Program-made: the position numbers and the translations under genes
The notes under the pieces: model-generated
Seen by the model: the letters and a program-made list of their open reading frames with translations, nothing else
What the model was told of the DNA's origin: nothing
Database searches by the model: none
In this document: positions 13,659 through 28,229 of the stretch, piece by piece
Numbering within the stretch: the stretch's first letter is position 1
Layout of the letters: the number at the start of each line of letters is the position of its first letter
NCBI GenBank assembly: GCA_051453625.1
Contig: JBOZIK010000001.1
Location: forward strand, 35,426,018-35,490,017
Source of the DNA: Welwitschia mirabilis
Lineage: Eukaryota
DNA: 64,000 nt
Reading direction: 5' to 3'

Positions 13659-15950
13659 ATGACTAGGAAATAGGAAACATATTGATACTTTTCAAGGGGA
13701 TGGAGTACAAGACATATTTTTATAACTCTTACACATTTTTAACTAATTTTGAAATCATTTTGAGCATCCACACAACATATTTTAGCTATGTTCACTAGAT
13801 CTAGCATGACTTATTGCATATTTATGATTAAGTAGGTTGATACACATAGATCTAGATAAGCTAAGGCTAAGGCCAAACGTATTGAGGGGGAGGTAGACCC
13901 ATTAATACCACTGAAGATAGAGCATGCAGAGCCACTGCATCCTCCACCTTAATAAGCTAGGTTTCTTACTATTTAGATAATCACTATGCATGTTGAGAGA
14001 TATTCTAGGGATTTAATAAGCTATTTGAAGCTAGTTATAGCTTTAGTGGATTCTAGATATGTAGGGGGTATATTATATATCAGAGACTAGGGAATTTTAT
14101 AATACTATGTACATAGAGCATCGCATTGATGCTTATGAATAGATGGTAGATATGATTATAGCCATGATTTAAGGCCATAAGATAGTAGTCCTCTCAAACC
14201 ACATTATAGTTATGATAGATCTTGGTGATATTAGGACTATTCATATATACTTAGCTTGTAGGACAGAGGAGTATCATAGATACGGCATAGCATTAGACAT
14301 ACCAACTGGTTTAACCTTAGATAAGTAGGGTATTTTAATAACTTAGTTAACTCCTTCATATCAGATTTTGCATAGAGGACTAATTCATAACATCAACCAT
14401 CCTTTCATAATAGTAATGCCATGGTGGCTCATCTATAGATTTTGATAGTATTTAGGTAGGATGAGTAGATAGACTTATTCACATTTATATGGAGGAAACT
14501 CAAGACTATGATAGAGGCATGACAGTTACAGACTTTGAAATATTTATGCCTCCTCTTAGCCATTTTTAAATGCTTTGAGATAACAAAGCCAATAGACGAG
14601 TAATGACTCATACACATNNNNNNNNNNNNNNNNNNNNNNNNNNNNNNNNNNNNNNNNNNNNNNNNNNNNNNNNNNNNNNNNNNNNNNNNNNNNNNNNNNN
14701 NNNNNNNNNNNNNNNNNGGGATGGAGTACAAGACATATTTTTATAACTCTTACACATTTTTAACTAATTTTGAAATCATTTTGAGCATCCACACGACATA
14801 TTTTAGCTATGTCCACTAGATCTAGCATAACTTATTGCATATTTATGATTGAGTAGGCTGATACACATAGAGCTAGATAAGCTAAGGCTAAGGCCAAACC
14901 TAAAGAGTAGGAGGTGGACCCATTAATACCACTGAAGATAAAGCATGCAGAGCTACTACATCCTCCACCTCAATAAGCTAGGTTTCTTACTATTCAGATA
15001 ACCACTATCCATGTTAAGAGATATTCTGAGGATTTCATAAGCTATTTGGAGCTAGTTATAGCTTTAGTAGATTCTATATATATAGGGGGTATATTATATA
15101 TCAGAGACTAGAGAATTTTATGACACTATGCACATAGAGTGTCACCTTGATGCTTATGAATAGATGGTAGATATGATTGTAGCCATGATTCAAGGTCATG
15201 AGATAGTAGTCCTCTCAAACCACATTATAGCTATGATAGATCTTGGTGATATTAGAACTATTCATATATACTCAGCTTATGGGACAGAGGAGTATCATAG
15301 ATACGGCATAGCATTAGACATACCAACTGGCTTAACCTTAGATAAGCAGGGTGTTTTAATAACTTAGTTAACTCCTTCATATCAGATTTTGCATAGAGGG
15401 CTAATTCATAACATCAGCCATCCTTTCATAATATTAATGCCATGGTGGCTTATCTATAGATTTTGATAGTATTTAAGTAGGATGAGAAGATAGACTTATC
15501 CACATTTATATGGAGGAAACTCAAGACTATGATAGAGGCATAATAGTTACAGACTTTGAAATATCTATGCCTCCTCTCAGCCATGTTTAGATGCTTTGAG
15601 ATACCAAAGCCAATAGGCGAGTAATGACTCATACACATACAAACTTTAGCATATTACTTACAGAACATGAGCATATAGGTACTAGAAGAGGTAGAGAGAC
15701 CTCAGGTTTAGAGATCTATGGTTGGCACCTTAATAGAGGAGATTCAGGTCCTCTTGGCAAAGACCACTAAGAACATAAGAGGTTTTGTTAATTAAGGTAT
15801 CTTGAAATTTTGAACACAAGATCCATATAGTTAAATAGAGAATCTGGATGGTTAAGATGAGAGTTTAAAACACTAAGAAGTAGCTTTTTGATGTGTAATA
15901 GTACATTATACGAATTGAGTATAGTGTGATTATAGATCTCCTAGAGATGA
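13659..15950 (+). pseudogene. Athila env-like / extra ORF relic (partly duplicated across the gap at 14618-14717)
   Basis: Lies between INT and the 3' LTR. Motifs EFYNTM (~14092), MIQGHEIVVLSNHIIAMIDLG, EKIDLSTFIWRKL and YLCLLSAMFRCFEIP resemble the plant-transposon (Transposase_32/PF20167-like) ORF of Athila. Many stops. Confidence 0.65.
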
Positions 15951-16612
15951 TGTGCATGTAGGGAGACGAGATAGTGTGAACCATTACAACATCACTATAC
16001 CACTATTTTTGTACTGATCCTTAGCATACTTCTTCTTCCCCTCCTACACCTAAGCCTATCACACACCAGGNNNNNNNNNNACTTTTGATTGTATTTTTGT
16101 ATCTTCCCCTTCATTTATTGTATAAAACTCATATTATATATATATATATATATATCTTATTTTGAGTATCAACATGGTGTACATTTTAATTGTTGGATTT
16201 CATGCATATTTATCATTTGTGCACTTCATGATGAGGATTATTTGTATTACTCGTGATTATTTTCTCTGTTTATTGTACATTTCAGTGAGGGGATATTGAT
16301 TATCAATATATTTAATGAATATTTTTTTAAAAAAAAAATTCATAGGCTTATATTTTTTAAGAACATTTTTTAGCCTGTCATACCTCATATCGTCCAGACG
16401 ACCACCAAATGATAATATGTCCATTGCACTACATAGGTGAAATGTTTAGTTATCTATTTTTGATAATTCTTTTTGCATTTTTTAGATTTCTGAAATTCTT
16501 TCTGACATTATTTTACAATGCCTTAGTTATTTTCATGGATAGTTAACTCGGCTCACAATCATGGTTATCCACCTGGTTTTATCAGGGACTGACTAGGGTA
16601 AGTGGATGGCTA

Positions 16613-17377
16613 TGTTACACTACTAACTTATATATATTTGATAGGATATTTTGAGTAGTTTTGTAGGAGATTAGATAGGTTTATGTTGCATTTTGATGAT
16701 AATGGAGAACTAAGAATAATAATACAAAAAAATGCAATCTTCATTACATTTTACAACATTTGAGCCAGTTTTACAAAATTTCCTCTCTAAAATAAAAGCC
16801 TTGTAAATAATAAGATTAATGCAATACATAAATAACTATACAAAAGTCTATTGTCCACCTAATTGTCTAGACAACTAGTAGGACAATAAAAATACTCTAG
16901 CTTAGGAGGATGCCAACTAGATTATTCTTGCAGCTAATGTGGAACTCTTATGAGATGGCATCGTCTCTTATATTGTATGAATGACTAGCAAGATAATACT
17001 AGAGATAGAAACTTCACCAAACTTTATCAAATTCTAGCCATTTGATTCACACTTTCTTGCATGGTTATTACGGTTATTCATGCACCTATTATTCTTGTCT
17101 ATTTTTAGAGTCTATTTTGTAAATAAATACCTCCTTTGCTCTTGAATCCATTTCATCTTTGTTTGCATAATAAATTCTTATAACAAGAGATTGAAGTGCT
17201 AGATATTCATTAATTATTATTATAGAGAGACTTCTTCCTTTGTGTTGGATTATGTATTCTTTATTAAGATGCTACTACTTTATAACATGAATGTTGGTTT
17301 TATTCTAATTAAAACTTTATTTTTCTTTTTATATCTTTATTTTGTGTATGTCCCTTATGGTTTATGTTGCTTTTGAT
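16613..17377 (+). repeat. 3' LTR, partial duplicate copy (cut by gap)
   Basis: Starts TGTTACAC after the PPT-like GGGTAAGTGGATGGCTA; matches 18010-18776. Confidence 0.8.
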
Positions 17378-17477
17378 NNNNNNNNNNNNNNNNNNNNNNN
17401 NNNNNNNNNNNNNNNNNNNNNNNNNNNNNNNNNNNNNNNNNNNNNNNNNNNNNNNNNNNNNNNNNNNNNNNNNNNNN

Positions 17478-17547
<70 letters not shown>
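17478..17547. repeat. (CA)n microsatellite
   Basis: Direct reading; abuts a gap. Confidence 0.97.
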
Positions 17548-17552
<5 letters not shown>

Positions 17553-18009
17553 CTTATTTTGAGTATCAACATGATGTACATTTTAATTGTTGGATTTCAT
17601 GTATATTTACCATTTTTACACTTCATAATGAGGATTATGTGTATTACTCGTGATTATTTTCTCTGTTTATTATACATTTCAGTGAGGGAATATTGATTAT
17701 CAGTATATTTAATGACTATTTTTAAAAAAAAATTTCATAGGCTTATATTTTTTAAGAACATTTTTTTAGCCTGTCATACCTCATATCATCCAGACGACCA
17801 TCAAGATGATAATATGTCCATGGCACTACATAGGTAAAATGTTTAGTTATCTATTTTTGATAATTCTGTCTGCATTTTTTAAATTTCTGAAATTCTTTCT
17901 AGCATTATTTTATAATGCCTTAGTTATTTTTATGGATAGTTAACTTGGCTCACAATCATGGTTATCTACCTGGTTTTATCAGGGACTGACTAGGGTAAGT
18001 GAGTGATTG

Positions 18010-19277
18010 TGTTATGCTACTAACTTATATATATTTGATAGGATATTTTGAGTAGTTTTATAGGAGAATAGATAGATTTATGTTGCATTTCGATGATAAT
18101 AGAGAACTAAGAAGAATAATACAAAAAAAAATGCAATCTTCATTACATTTTACAATATTTGAGACAGTTTTACAATATTTCCTCTCTAAAATAAAAGCCT
18201 TGTAAGCAATAAGATTAATGTAAAACATAAATAAATATAGAAAAGTCTATTATCCACCTATTCGTCTAGACAACTAGCAGGACAATAAAAATACTCTAGC
18301 TTAGGAGGATACCAACTAGATTATTCTTGCAGCTAATGTGGAACTCTTATGAGATGGCATCGTCTCTTATACTATATGAATGGCTAACAAGATAATACTA
18401 GAGATAGAAACTTCACCAAACTTTATTAAATTCTAGCCATTTGATTTACACTTTCTTACATGGTTATTAGGGTTTTTCATGCACCGATTATTCTTGTCTA
18501 TTTTTAGAGTCTATTTTGTAAATAAATACCTCCTTTGCTCTTGAATCTATTTCATCTTTGTTTGCATAAGAAATTCTTATAACAAGAGATCGAAGTGCTA
18601 GATATTCATCCATTATTATTATAGAGAGACTTCTTCCTTTGTGTTTAATTATGTATTCTTTATTAAGATGCTACCACTTTATAACACGAATGTTGTTTTT
18701 ATTCTAATTAAAACTTTATTTTTCTTTTCATATCTTTATTTTGTGTATATCCCTTATGGTTTATATTGCTTTTGATTCTATAACAGCTTCTTTAGTGATA
18801 TAGATCAAGAAAGCAACCTTTGTTAAGGTTGACATTATTAGTTTAGGTACATTGTATTTCCTTTCTTAGATTAACTTTGCATTCTTTTTCATATTTTGTA
18901 TGATGTACTTGATAGCTTAGGTTACTCTTGATCTAGTGATAGATTTTCCTGATTGATCTATCTTATATAGGGTCAATCTCCATAATAGGTTGATTTGGTA
19001 ATTAGATGAAAGTTGCATTTAGGTTAGGCTCACATTTTATTTGCATAGTATATTTGTGTTAGTATTTCTGCATTGTTATTTATTTCTACTTTAAGGATAC
19101 AAAGTGTTCCATTTTCGAAATTAATTCTCTTTCTTTCACCTGCACCTTTAACAAGAATACGAAATTTGGGTCACTCTCATTTATATTAGTGTGTTGTGTT
19201 ATGCAAAATCTATATTTATTTCTAAATAATAGGATCTACTTGAGAATATACTATTTACACAAATACGCACCACAACA
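18010..19277 (+). repeat. 3' LTR (~1.27 kb) of the Athila-like element
   Basis: TG...CA termini (TGTTATGC...CACAACA). Preceded by the Athila-type GGGACTGACTAGGGTAAGTG PPT region; 3' part homologous to 1-526. Confidence 0.85.
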
Positions 19278-20496
19278 ATGATCATGACTTTTAATACTTA
19301 ATTAATGGTATTTTGTTTATATGTAAGTTATTGTAACTAATTCTTAACAACTATAGAATTGAGTAATAAATGTAAAACTTAAAGCTTCATAAAACATAAT
19401 TATGGAATTTATTTACTAATAGGTAGCTAAACTTTAATGTTCTTTAAGAGTCATCTTTATGATTAGGAATTTTTTTTAGAATTTTCAATGTCTTAATCTA
19501 AGAGAAGAATGCTTTCACATAATATATCTCAAGAAATATCTAATAGAATTTCATGGTGTGGATTCCATGAAAAAAATACCTAGATTTATAATTCATAATT
19601 ACTATTTATTTTAACATTATATGTCATTTTTATGATAATTCAAAACATTATTCTTTAATCTAAAAATCATAAGTTTATTAAGAGTTCTATATTTTTAATT
19701 TTCATAATTATTATGTTCTTGACTTATATGTAAGATTTTAAAGTATTTAGGCATAATATTAGTAATCTTAGCCTCATTACATACTGTAATAGTAATAATA
19801 ATATTAAATTACTTGATCCTATCATTAAAATTATGATTTTAGATTCTTTTGATAGTTGATTGATTGTTACAATTTATTATAATAGCTTCTAGAAACCTTT
19901 GAATTTATATTACTAGAAAAGGTACCCAAACACTGAAGTTATTTTACCACCTCATTTAGGGATGTGAATTCTACTTTCATTGAATGTATGTTCATTATGG
20001 ATTATTTTTTAAGTCTTTAAAGAATAGAATATCCATTAAAGAAGGAAAAGATAAATTATGCATAATTTAGAATAACATTTTAGTAAGATATATTACTTTT
20101 TTAATCAAAAATTAAAAAATAGATCTTTATAACCATGAATAGTCTTTTTCATGGAGGATGGTCTAATGTAATGGACTATTTGTAAGGATCTAATTTTCAA
20201 TTTTTTTTTCTCTAAGCTTACTAAGTGGCTAGGCTATGTTTGTCAAATATTACAATTTAACTTCTTGGTATGTCTATGCTTGAACTAGATAATACTTATG
20301 ACTTTGATTAATAGTTATTTATTATAATTTATCTCTATGCATAATGATCATGTTCCTAGAATGGATGGTTAATCCATAATAATTTTTTATTAAATAAATG
20401 TATATTATCAATTACATACATCATTTTACTAGGTTTAATACATGTTACTCTTAACAAAGATATATTTATTTAAGAAAATTCAGTGGGAAGTATCAT

Positions 20497-23400
20497 TGTT
20501 AGCAAGTTAACATAATTAGTATAATAATTATTAACTTGGCTAACAAAACAAAAAACAACATGTTTCATTTTATATTTAAAAGGCATAATCTTTATTTCTA
20601 GTGGAGTTTGAAATGAAGATAAAAGTCATTCATTTAAAAAAGAATAAGAAAAAAATGAAGAAGAATAGGAGGATCAATTTAATTCAATTAATTCAAGAAG
20701 ATGAAACATGACGAAACACTTGAAGTTACATAATCTTAAGTCAAAGACTTAGGCAAGTGGTTTAACCATCTACTACTTATCTAATATTACACTGAAAATA
20801 TTATTTGTTATAATGATTATTACTTCATTATTAATTAATTAATTAATTAATTAATTATTAATTAATGGCTTGTATCACACAATAAACATGTTATAAAGTT
20901 TTAGTTTTTTTTCTTTTTTAATCCTTATTTCTACTAATCATGAAACAACCAAAAGTTTTACCATTTTATTTAAACATATTATAAAATTCTTCTAAACCTA
21001 TTCCTAAACTAACATTAAAACATAACATTAGAGGATTTATGCTTTAAATTTCAACATGATATTAGAGTTGAAGCTTACAAATTCTAAGATGATGAGATGA
21101 ACTTGATGAATAAATAATTTTAAAGCTAAAGGTTTTAACCTTAATGTGAATACTAATGAAACATCACTTTCAAAGTAAAATGTTGCAACTTTCAAGATGA
21201 CAAGGAACCTAGTGAACTCTAAATTTGCAAAGATATTAATTTTGTCCTAATGCAAATGTAATAGAAAAACAAAGAAAGTTCATTAATAAAACTTTAAAAA
21301 ATTAAAATAGATAGTTGTAACTATTAAAAAAGTGAACTANNNNNNNNNNTTTTTTTAATTAACTAGGAATGGTAACCAAACATAAGTTATTATGAAAGTT
21401 ATGATTTAAACTGGTATCAAAATGATTCATGTAATTTCAAAAACCTATAAGAAGAAAGGGAGCAAAGGTTACTTTCGTTTAATGACAAGGCATTAAATTT
21501 ACAAAAGTCAAAGTAACCAATCTTAGAAAAGGCTAGTCCTTATAGTATTCATAACTTATATTTCCTAAGAAATAAAATATGAACCTATTGAAATTAAATG
21601 CCTTGTAATACAAGTTCATGAAATTAAACAAACAAATCTAGATCATTAAAGAAAATATTAATAGAATCAAAAGAGATCTTTCCACCTCTAAAGTAGTAAA
21701 ATATCATGAATTACCAAAGGAGAAGAATGAACTTCATCTTGCAACCAAAGAATTACACTTCTATATTATGGAATTATAAAACAATTAAACAGATATCAAG
21801 ATGATATAGAAAGCAAGTAAGCGATATATGTTTTACAAACATATACTAAAAACCTTAGTGATGAAGCTACAAAACTAGAAAGCCAACAACATATTTGATA
21901 TCATGTTGTTCCTAATTAATGAATAAAAACTTCACTAAGTATCAAAGTATTAAGTTTATGTGCCAAAACAACATCCCTCATAATGAACCAAAAAACCCAC
22001 TTTTTTCCTCTTTCCATTCTAAAAACCTATTAAAATAAAATAGTACTAACATCATCCCATTGTACTTTCTTTAATAAATAATATAGAATTAATATTTATA
22101 ATTTCTATAATTCATATCACATATTGTACCAAATATACCCATACATAACTTATCAAATCGAGTATAAAAACTTTAAAATTAATTAGAAAAGGTAGAAGGA
22201 AACATTTCATTTTATCGTTTTCATTTGAAAAGTTAAAATTCTAAATGTTTGAAGAAGCCATAATATGATAATCATGTAGCTCTTCTTTCTTGTATTTTTT
22301 AAAGTAAACTTTAAGTTATTCCACTATTACTACTTTATAAAATCGTTAAAAACTATATCTATGGTGTTCTATTTTTTCCTTTTCTTTTCATTTTTACTTT
22401 TTATTTTGTTAATGTGCTACTAAATCACTAAATATAGTGGAATATTAATTTGTGATGATAAAATAAAAGAAAGAGACTTAACTATTTCAAACTTGTTAAA
22501 ATTCATAATAGTATTTGTGAAGTCTTAGCAAAAATCCATTCATTACCTAACGTCATTATTACCAAGCATCTTTAACCAAGTATATAACATATCATAGCAT
22601 CACTTAAAAACATTGAAAAGTTTAAATAAATAGGATTAGGTAACTTTTTCTAGACATTAGAACATAACAAATTAGCAAAAATTCATTTACTTTTTTTGCT
22701 AAGCACCTATATGGATGAACCCACTATTGTGTAAAAGAAAACATAGTTTAAAAGATATAAAATAATCCTTGAGCTATTTGATCTTACTCTTGGGATTTTT
22801 AATGAAGAACTAGTTTGATGACATAAAAATGAAGATATCCTATGGAAATAAAATTATGAGATACATGTTCCCTAAGATCTTTCACAAATGAGTATATTAC
22901 TAGGCTAAACAAAATGTCTTCCTCATAAACATGACTTCATTCTATAGGAGGCTGCTAAAGCTAATTATGATACAAATCATGCCTTCCCTAAAAATTCTAC
23001 ATGTTCATGATAGAAACTTTATCTACTCCACCACATTATTAAAACAAATAAGACTATTTTATTTGCTTTACTTAAATACATGAATATGCATGCAATCTCT
23101 TGAGCTTAAAAATATAGACAAACTTTAATAAGAAAATACCTTTACCATGGTGTGATGTTATAATATATGATAGTTCTATTAGAAAAAACCTCATCAAGAA
23201 ATAAGTACATAGCATATCGACTATGAAATAGACTTCTATTTTTGCTTGTATAATATAATTTTTTGTTTAATGCTAAACTATGAAAGAGAATTATAAACAG
23301 AATTGTGTCATTATTAAAAATGTTTTTGCACATTCTTGTTTGAGGGAATATTACCAAGGAAGATAATGAATTTGAGGGTTAAAAATAAGAAGGATGTAGA

Positions 23401-25531
23401 AAACCCCTATAAGTTCCTTAATTCAACTACATTATTTTATTTAGTGGTTCATTGGTATCAATTGCTATAGTACTTAAATCTCTATTTCTACAAAACAAAG
23501 CCTTTTTTGTTATGGTAACCTATTAAAATAGCCATCATATTACTCAAAGTAAAGGAAAAGTGACTATAGAAGAATAATCTAAATCATTAATGACATGCTA
23601 AAAAAGGTAATCCAAATTATTTACAACATCCAAGTTTGATCCATAATATTATGCACTAGTTCATACTACCATCCACAAGAAAAGAAAATAGAGTTTATGT
23701 AAAATTTTTAAACTAGTAGAAAAAATTTATCATGGCAAGCAAAAAAAGATTATTATACATATGTTTATTTATTTAAAATTGTTTTTAGCATAATTCTAGA
23801 GGATTTTACATAATATCTTATGATATACAATGAAGCTATAGAATAATTTATTAAGAACAAAGATTTAGAGGTTTTACCAAAGCTAGCAAGTTTATGGTTA
23901 GAGATCTAGAAGAAAATGAACTTATAAGATATACTAAGCTTTTAGAGATAACACTAGTATAATAAGTTTATAGAATTATATGCTATATGTATGAACTCAA
24001 AATTAAATAAATAAAAGAGGCAGTCAAAGCAAATTGAATGAATAATTAGAACACCTTTAGAAAAATGTAAGTAATAGTTTTAAAAAGGGGTTAAGAAGAT
24101 GATAAAGAAAATGAAAGAACTTTACTAAAATTTGAGGAAATTTTTAGAAAAATATAAAACAAAAATCTAAACTACATACATTCAGAAGAAAGAGGAGCTA
24201 TTAAAAGTACTAAAGATAATAAATTTCTCTAGCAATAACACGATAAAGCATAATCCCAAGTTACTTAACTTGAATAGATGATAACTTAGGCCTTGTAAGA
24301 GGGATGAAACAGATAAAGTAATTAATGAAACACAATGAATTATTAAAGCACTTTATGTCCAAATTAAGGAATTGCATCAAGTTCAAGTTCTAATCTAAGT
24401 AAAGGTTCTTGAGAATAAGCAAACTAAAAAATCTAAAAAAATTATTGGGAACATGAATGAACTAGCTTAACCAAATAGTGAAGGACCTATTGACAAATCA
24501 TCTAAATGAGATAGTAAAAGATCTACTAATAAATTAGATCTTACAAAGATGATATAATAATTGTAGAAATTAGTGACATAAAATTTTGTTTCATCAAATA
24601 AAAATTTATGATGTATGTTTACCTTTTAAAAATCCAATTCTTACCAAAGTAATAAAAAACATGTTGTGTAATGTATTTGTGTTTGTGTCATAACTTCATC
24701 CAAAGGCATAATTTCTTAGTTTAAATGAAACAAATCAAAACTAAAGCATTAAAGTAATAGAAAGTAGGAAAAATGGCTAATTATCAAAATTATTCCTTAA
24801 TAGATATTTAATAAACTAGAAGTAATGAATTTTCAAACATTACTATCCTACTAATTTCTAAAATAAAACTAGAAGAGAAAATGGTTTTTAGTATGAACTT
24901 AGTAGAATAAAGATATATCAAATAAAAATGAAATAAATTAGAAGATGAATATGAAACAAAGTCAAACGAATCCAAAAATTAAAATAAAATTCTGAAGTGT
25001 GAAACCAAGTTAAAATTAAAGGGAAGTGTTAATAAGTTAACATAATTGATATAGTAATTATTAAGTTAGTTAATAAAACATAAAACAACGTGTTTCATTT
25101 TATATTTAAAGGATACAACCTTTCTTACTAGTGGAATAAGATCATTCATTTCAAAAAAATGAAAAAGACAAAGAAGAAAAGAATTAATTCAATAATTCAT
25201 TAGAAAAGAAGAAATGTAATGAAACATTTAAAGTCATACAAGCTTCAGTTAATAACTTAACTAGGTGTTTCTTAGGCAAACAACCTGCCTAACTAAATAT
25301 ATTATTTTTAATAATGCTTAATTAATTATGTTTAATTAATTAATTATATATATCGAATATCTTATATATTATAAAGTTTTATTTGCTCATATTTACTTCT
25401 TATTTCTGCTACTCGTAAAATGACCTAAAGTTTTAGCATTTTACATAAATATATTATAAAGTATTTTCATGCTTATTTCTAAACTTGTATTAAAATATAA
25501 CATTAATTAATTTATGCTCTAAATAACAACA
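20497..25531 (+). mobile_element. Old LTR element with tRNA-Met-type PBS and no recognisable pol (non-autonomous, Copia-like termini)
   Basis: Diverged direct repeats 20497-21056 and 25027-25531, both TG..CA. PBS-like TGATATTAGAGT (21057; consensus TGGTATCAGAGC). Purine tract AATTAAAGGGAAG before the 3' LTR. No TSD recovered. Confidence 0.75.
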
Positions 25532-27059
25532 CTTGTCTTTAGTTAATCTTTGGAATTTTTAGTGTTTCTAATGTATTCATAAATGATGCCTCTCAATAAC
25601 AATTTTTAAAAGATATGATAGACCCCTATTTTTAGAATTAGCATTTGCCTTAAATGGCTTCTTCTTTAGTATCCACATTCTCTTCTTCAAACTTTCATCT
25701 TCATCATGTTTTTTTTTTAAAAATATGTTTTAATCAAATATCAAAGGCATTTTTTTTCCTTTAAAGTTTTAAATGTTAAATCTTCTAATTGTTAATTGAC
25801 AGCAAGCCAAATCTAATCTTATTTTACTACTGAAATAACACTATTATAAAATAACAATGAATGCCTTATAGTAGAAACTAAAAGATATTACTACAGGCAT
25901 GCAAGAAACCCAGTGAAAAAGTCAAAGGATAAGAGAACCTTAAAATTTAATTCATACAAAAGATGAGTTCAAGCTACAAATAATAATTGATAGATTAATT
26001 GGTATTATCTAAGGGATTAATCACATGTTGTCAAAGAAATAGGATGTTAACCAAAAAAAATAGTTGACCTGCTTGAAGTAGGGATTGACTGCTAAGCATT
26101 TAACCAATAGATTTGAAAGGTCGACTGCCCACTATAGGAACCTCAAATGTATGATAAGTGATTAACTAGTATTACCAAAGGATCAACCAACCATTGTAAA
26201 TAATTTATTCAAGGGTCAATTAGGGCATCAAATGCTAGTTCAACATTCAATAACAAATATAATCATTAAGAACTAGGGGGAGCTAAAAACTATTTGAAAT
26301 ATCATAATAGTTAAATTTTGATCCATGATAACCTATAATAGCTATATTTTTAATTAAATGAATACATATTGTGTTGTATGAGTGATGTTCTTTCTTTTTC
26401 CTATATATATATATATCTTCTAGAACTTGATCTTATTATTCTGAAAAGCATCTAACTTACTCTCTATTCTACTTGTTCTTTACTATCATGATTTTTACAC
26501 TTAATTATGATTATAAGTAAGTTAAATTAGTCTTGTGCTTTTGGATGAGAATTGATGGACTACCACAAAGTTTCGAAGAAGTGTGATTGGAGGCTATACT
26601 ACTAATAAAGAACAATAAGATTATTTTCATATATCTTGGTTTATGTGTCTTAATCATTATGATTAATTATTTATATACATTATGGGTTGAATAAATTTAT
26701 TCTCATAATTAGATTGGTACTAGAAATTAGTTAAATTGGATTATGGTTTTTAATATGCCTTCACTAGTAAATTTTGAAATATTAAAATTCAACCAAGCTA
26801 TTTAATGATTAAACGGATAGTTGTATGATAGTCCTTTGCAAAAGATATCTTGAAATCTTCATGAATAAAACCAAAACTCATACATTTATTTCTTCATTGA
26901 AAGTGTATATTTCTTTTCTTTTTGTGCCTTTATATATTTGATGTCATTTTAGTTGTTGCTTTTGAGATATAGCTATTTGAAACTTATAATCACCATACAA
27001 AGAAAAAAATGGCTAAGTAGTGGACACACAATGACTATTTTATTTCTTTACAAACTTTT

Positions 27060-27482
27060 GGAATAGACATCTTCAGGATGGTAGATATCTTCTATTAGTC
27101 ATACATCTTTAACATGAAAGACATCTTCAGTTAAACTACCCAAATTTTAATGAAACTCAAACTATAGTTCTTTAGATTCTTAGTGATCATGAATTCAAAA
27201 TGAAAAACTTGATTTCTTTCCTAGAATGTAGATAATTCATCAAAATATACATTATCTTTATTACTTTTCTTGTTTAGTAAAGATGTCTTCAACTATGGAT
27301 ACATCTTTCATCTATCTTAGACCCTTAATTTAGTATAGACATCATTGTCAACGTAGACATCTTTCACTGTAATGAAATCTATTTAGCATAGGCATCTCTG
27401 ATGTAGTAGATATCTTTACCATAAATGTCTTTAAATGTGTAGACATATTTCCCATAGATATTTTTAATTGTATAGATGTCTT
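27060..27482. repeat. Degenerate array of a GTAGAC/TATCT motif, probably the repeat region of a decayed LTR element
   Basis: More than ten copies of (G)TAGACATCT/GTAGATATCT and reverse copies (AGATGTCT) at roughly 20-40 bp spacing. Confidence 0.6.
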
Positions 27483-28229
27483 TAGTTAGTTATGATTTAG
27501 CATTTATGAAATCTAACATCAACTGTTTGTGAATTATGAACTTTGAGGTCTAACTTGAATTAGTGTCTTCTACACTTTGACATTCTTCATTAACTTGTCT
27601 ACATAATAGTACAATATATTTGATAAGTGGAATTATCAAAATTGGATTTTCTAAAAATTATCCTAAAAAAGAAGAGTAGGAACCAACATTTTAATCTTCT
27701 TTATATGATAAAGTCATGCTGATTTCTTTTATGTTATGAAATTTATCAAGTTATATATGGATATTTTATGTGGTAAACTTAATTAAGTTCTATGTGTATT
27801 TCTATGTGGTAAACTCATGTTAAGTGCTATATGTGATAATCTCTTTAAGTTATTTATGGTGAACTTTAAAGACTTTCTTATGTTGTAATCTTCTAGGTGG
27901 AGTAGTATTCNNNNNNNNNNNNNNNNAAAGGCTTATTTTCTTTCATTCCCCTTATAAAGTGATTATCATAGTCACCTCCTTACATTTCTCTCTTGCTTAT
28001 CCATTGTACCTATTTTTTGCTATATTATGAGGGTATTTAAAACCCTTCATTTCAATAAAAATAAAGCTTCATTATTAAATCATTTTCAAAGTTAAGAGCT
28101 TTTGGTTAGTAAAACCTACCCTTAATTACTATGGGGTAAGCATTTAAGTTCTTAAGATCTATATCATCTCTAATTAGTAAATCAAAGGGGTTTTGTAATT
28201 CTCTCTTCTTATTGGCCAACATATCATTA

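Larger units (their letters stand above)
1..19277 (+). mobile_element. Degenerate Athila-lineage Ty3/Gypsy LTR retrotransposon (5' LTR cut by window edge; length inflated by gap-flanking duplications)
   Basis: Order of parts: LTR end, tRNA-Asp-type PBS, gag, PR, RT, RH, INT, long non-coding region, extra ORF, PPT, LTR. Bases 1-526 align to about 18751-19277. Confidence 0.9.

Noticed and set aside
17309..17696. ORFs with HTHT/CVCV runs
   Set aside because: They are translations of the (CA)n microsatellite plus an N gap.
19278..20496. Possible decayed coding sequence
   Set aside because: No motif or boundary could be supported, so it is left unannotated.
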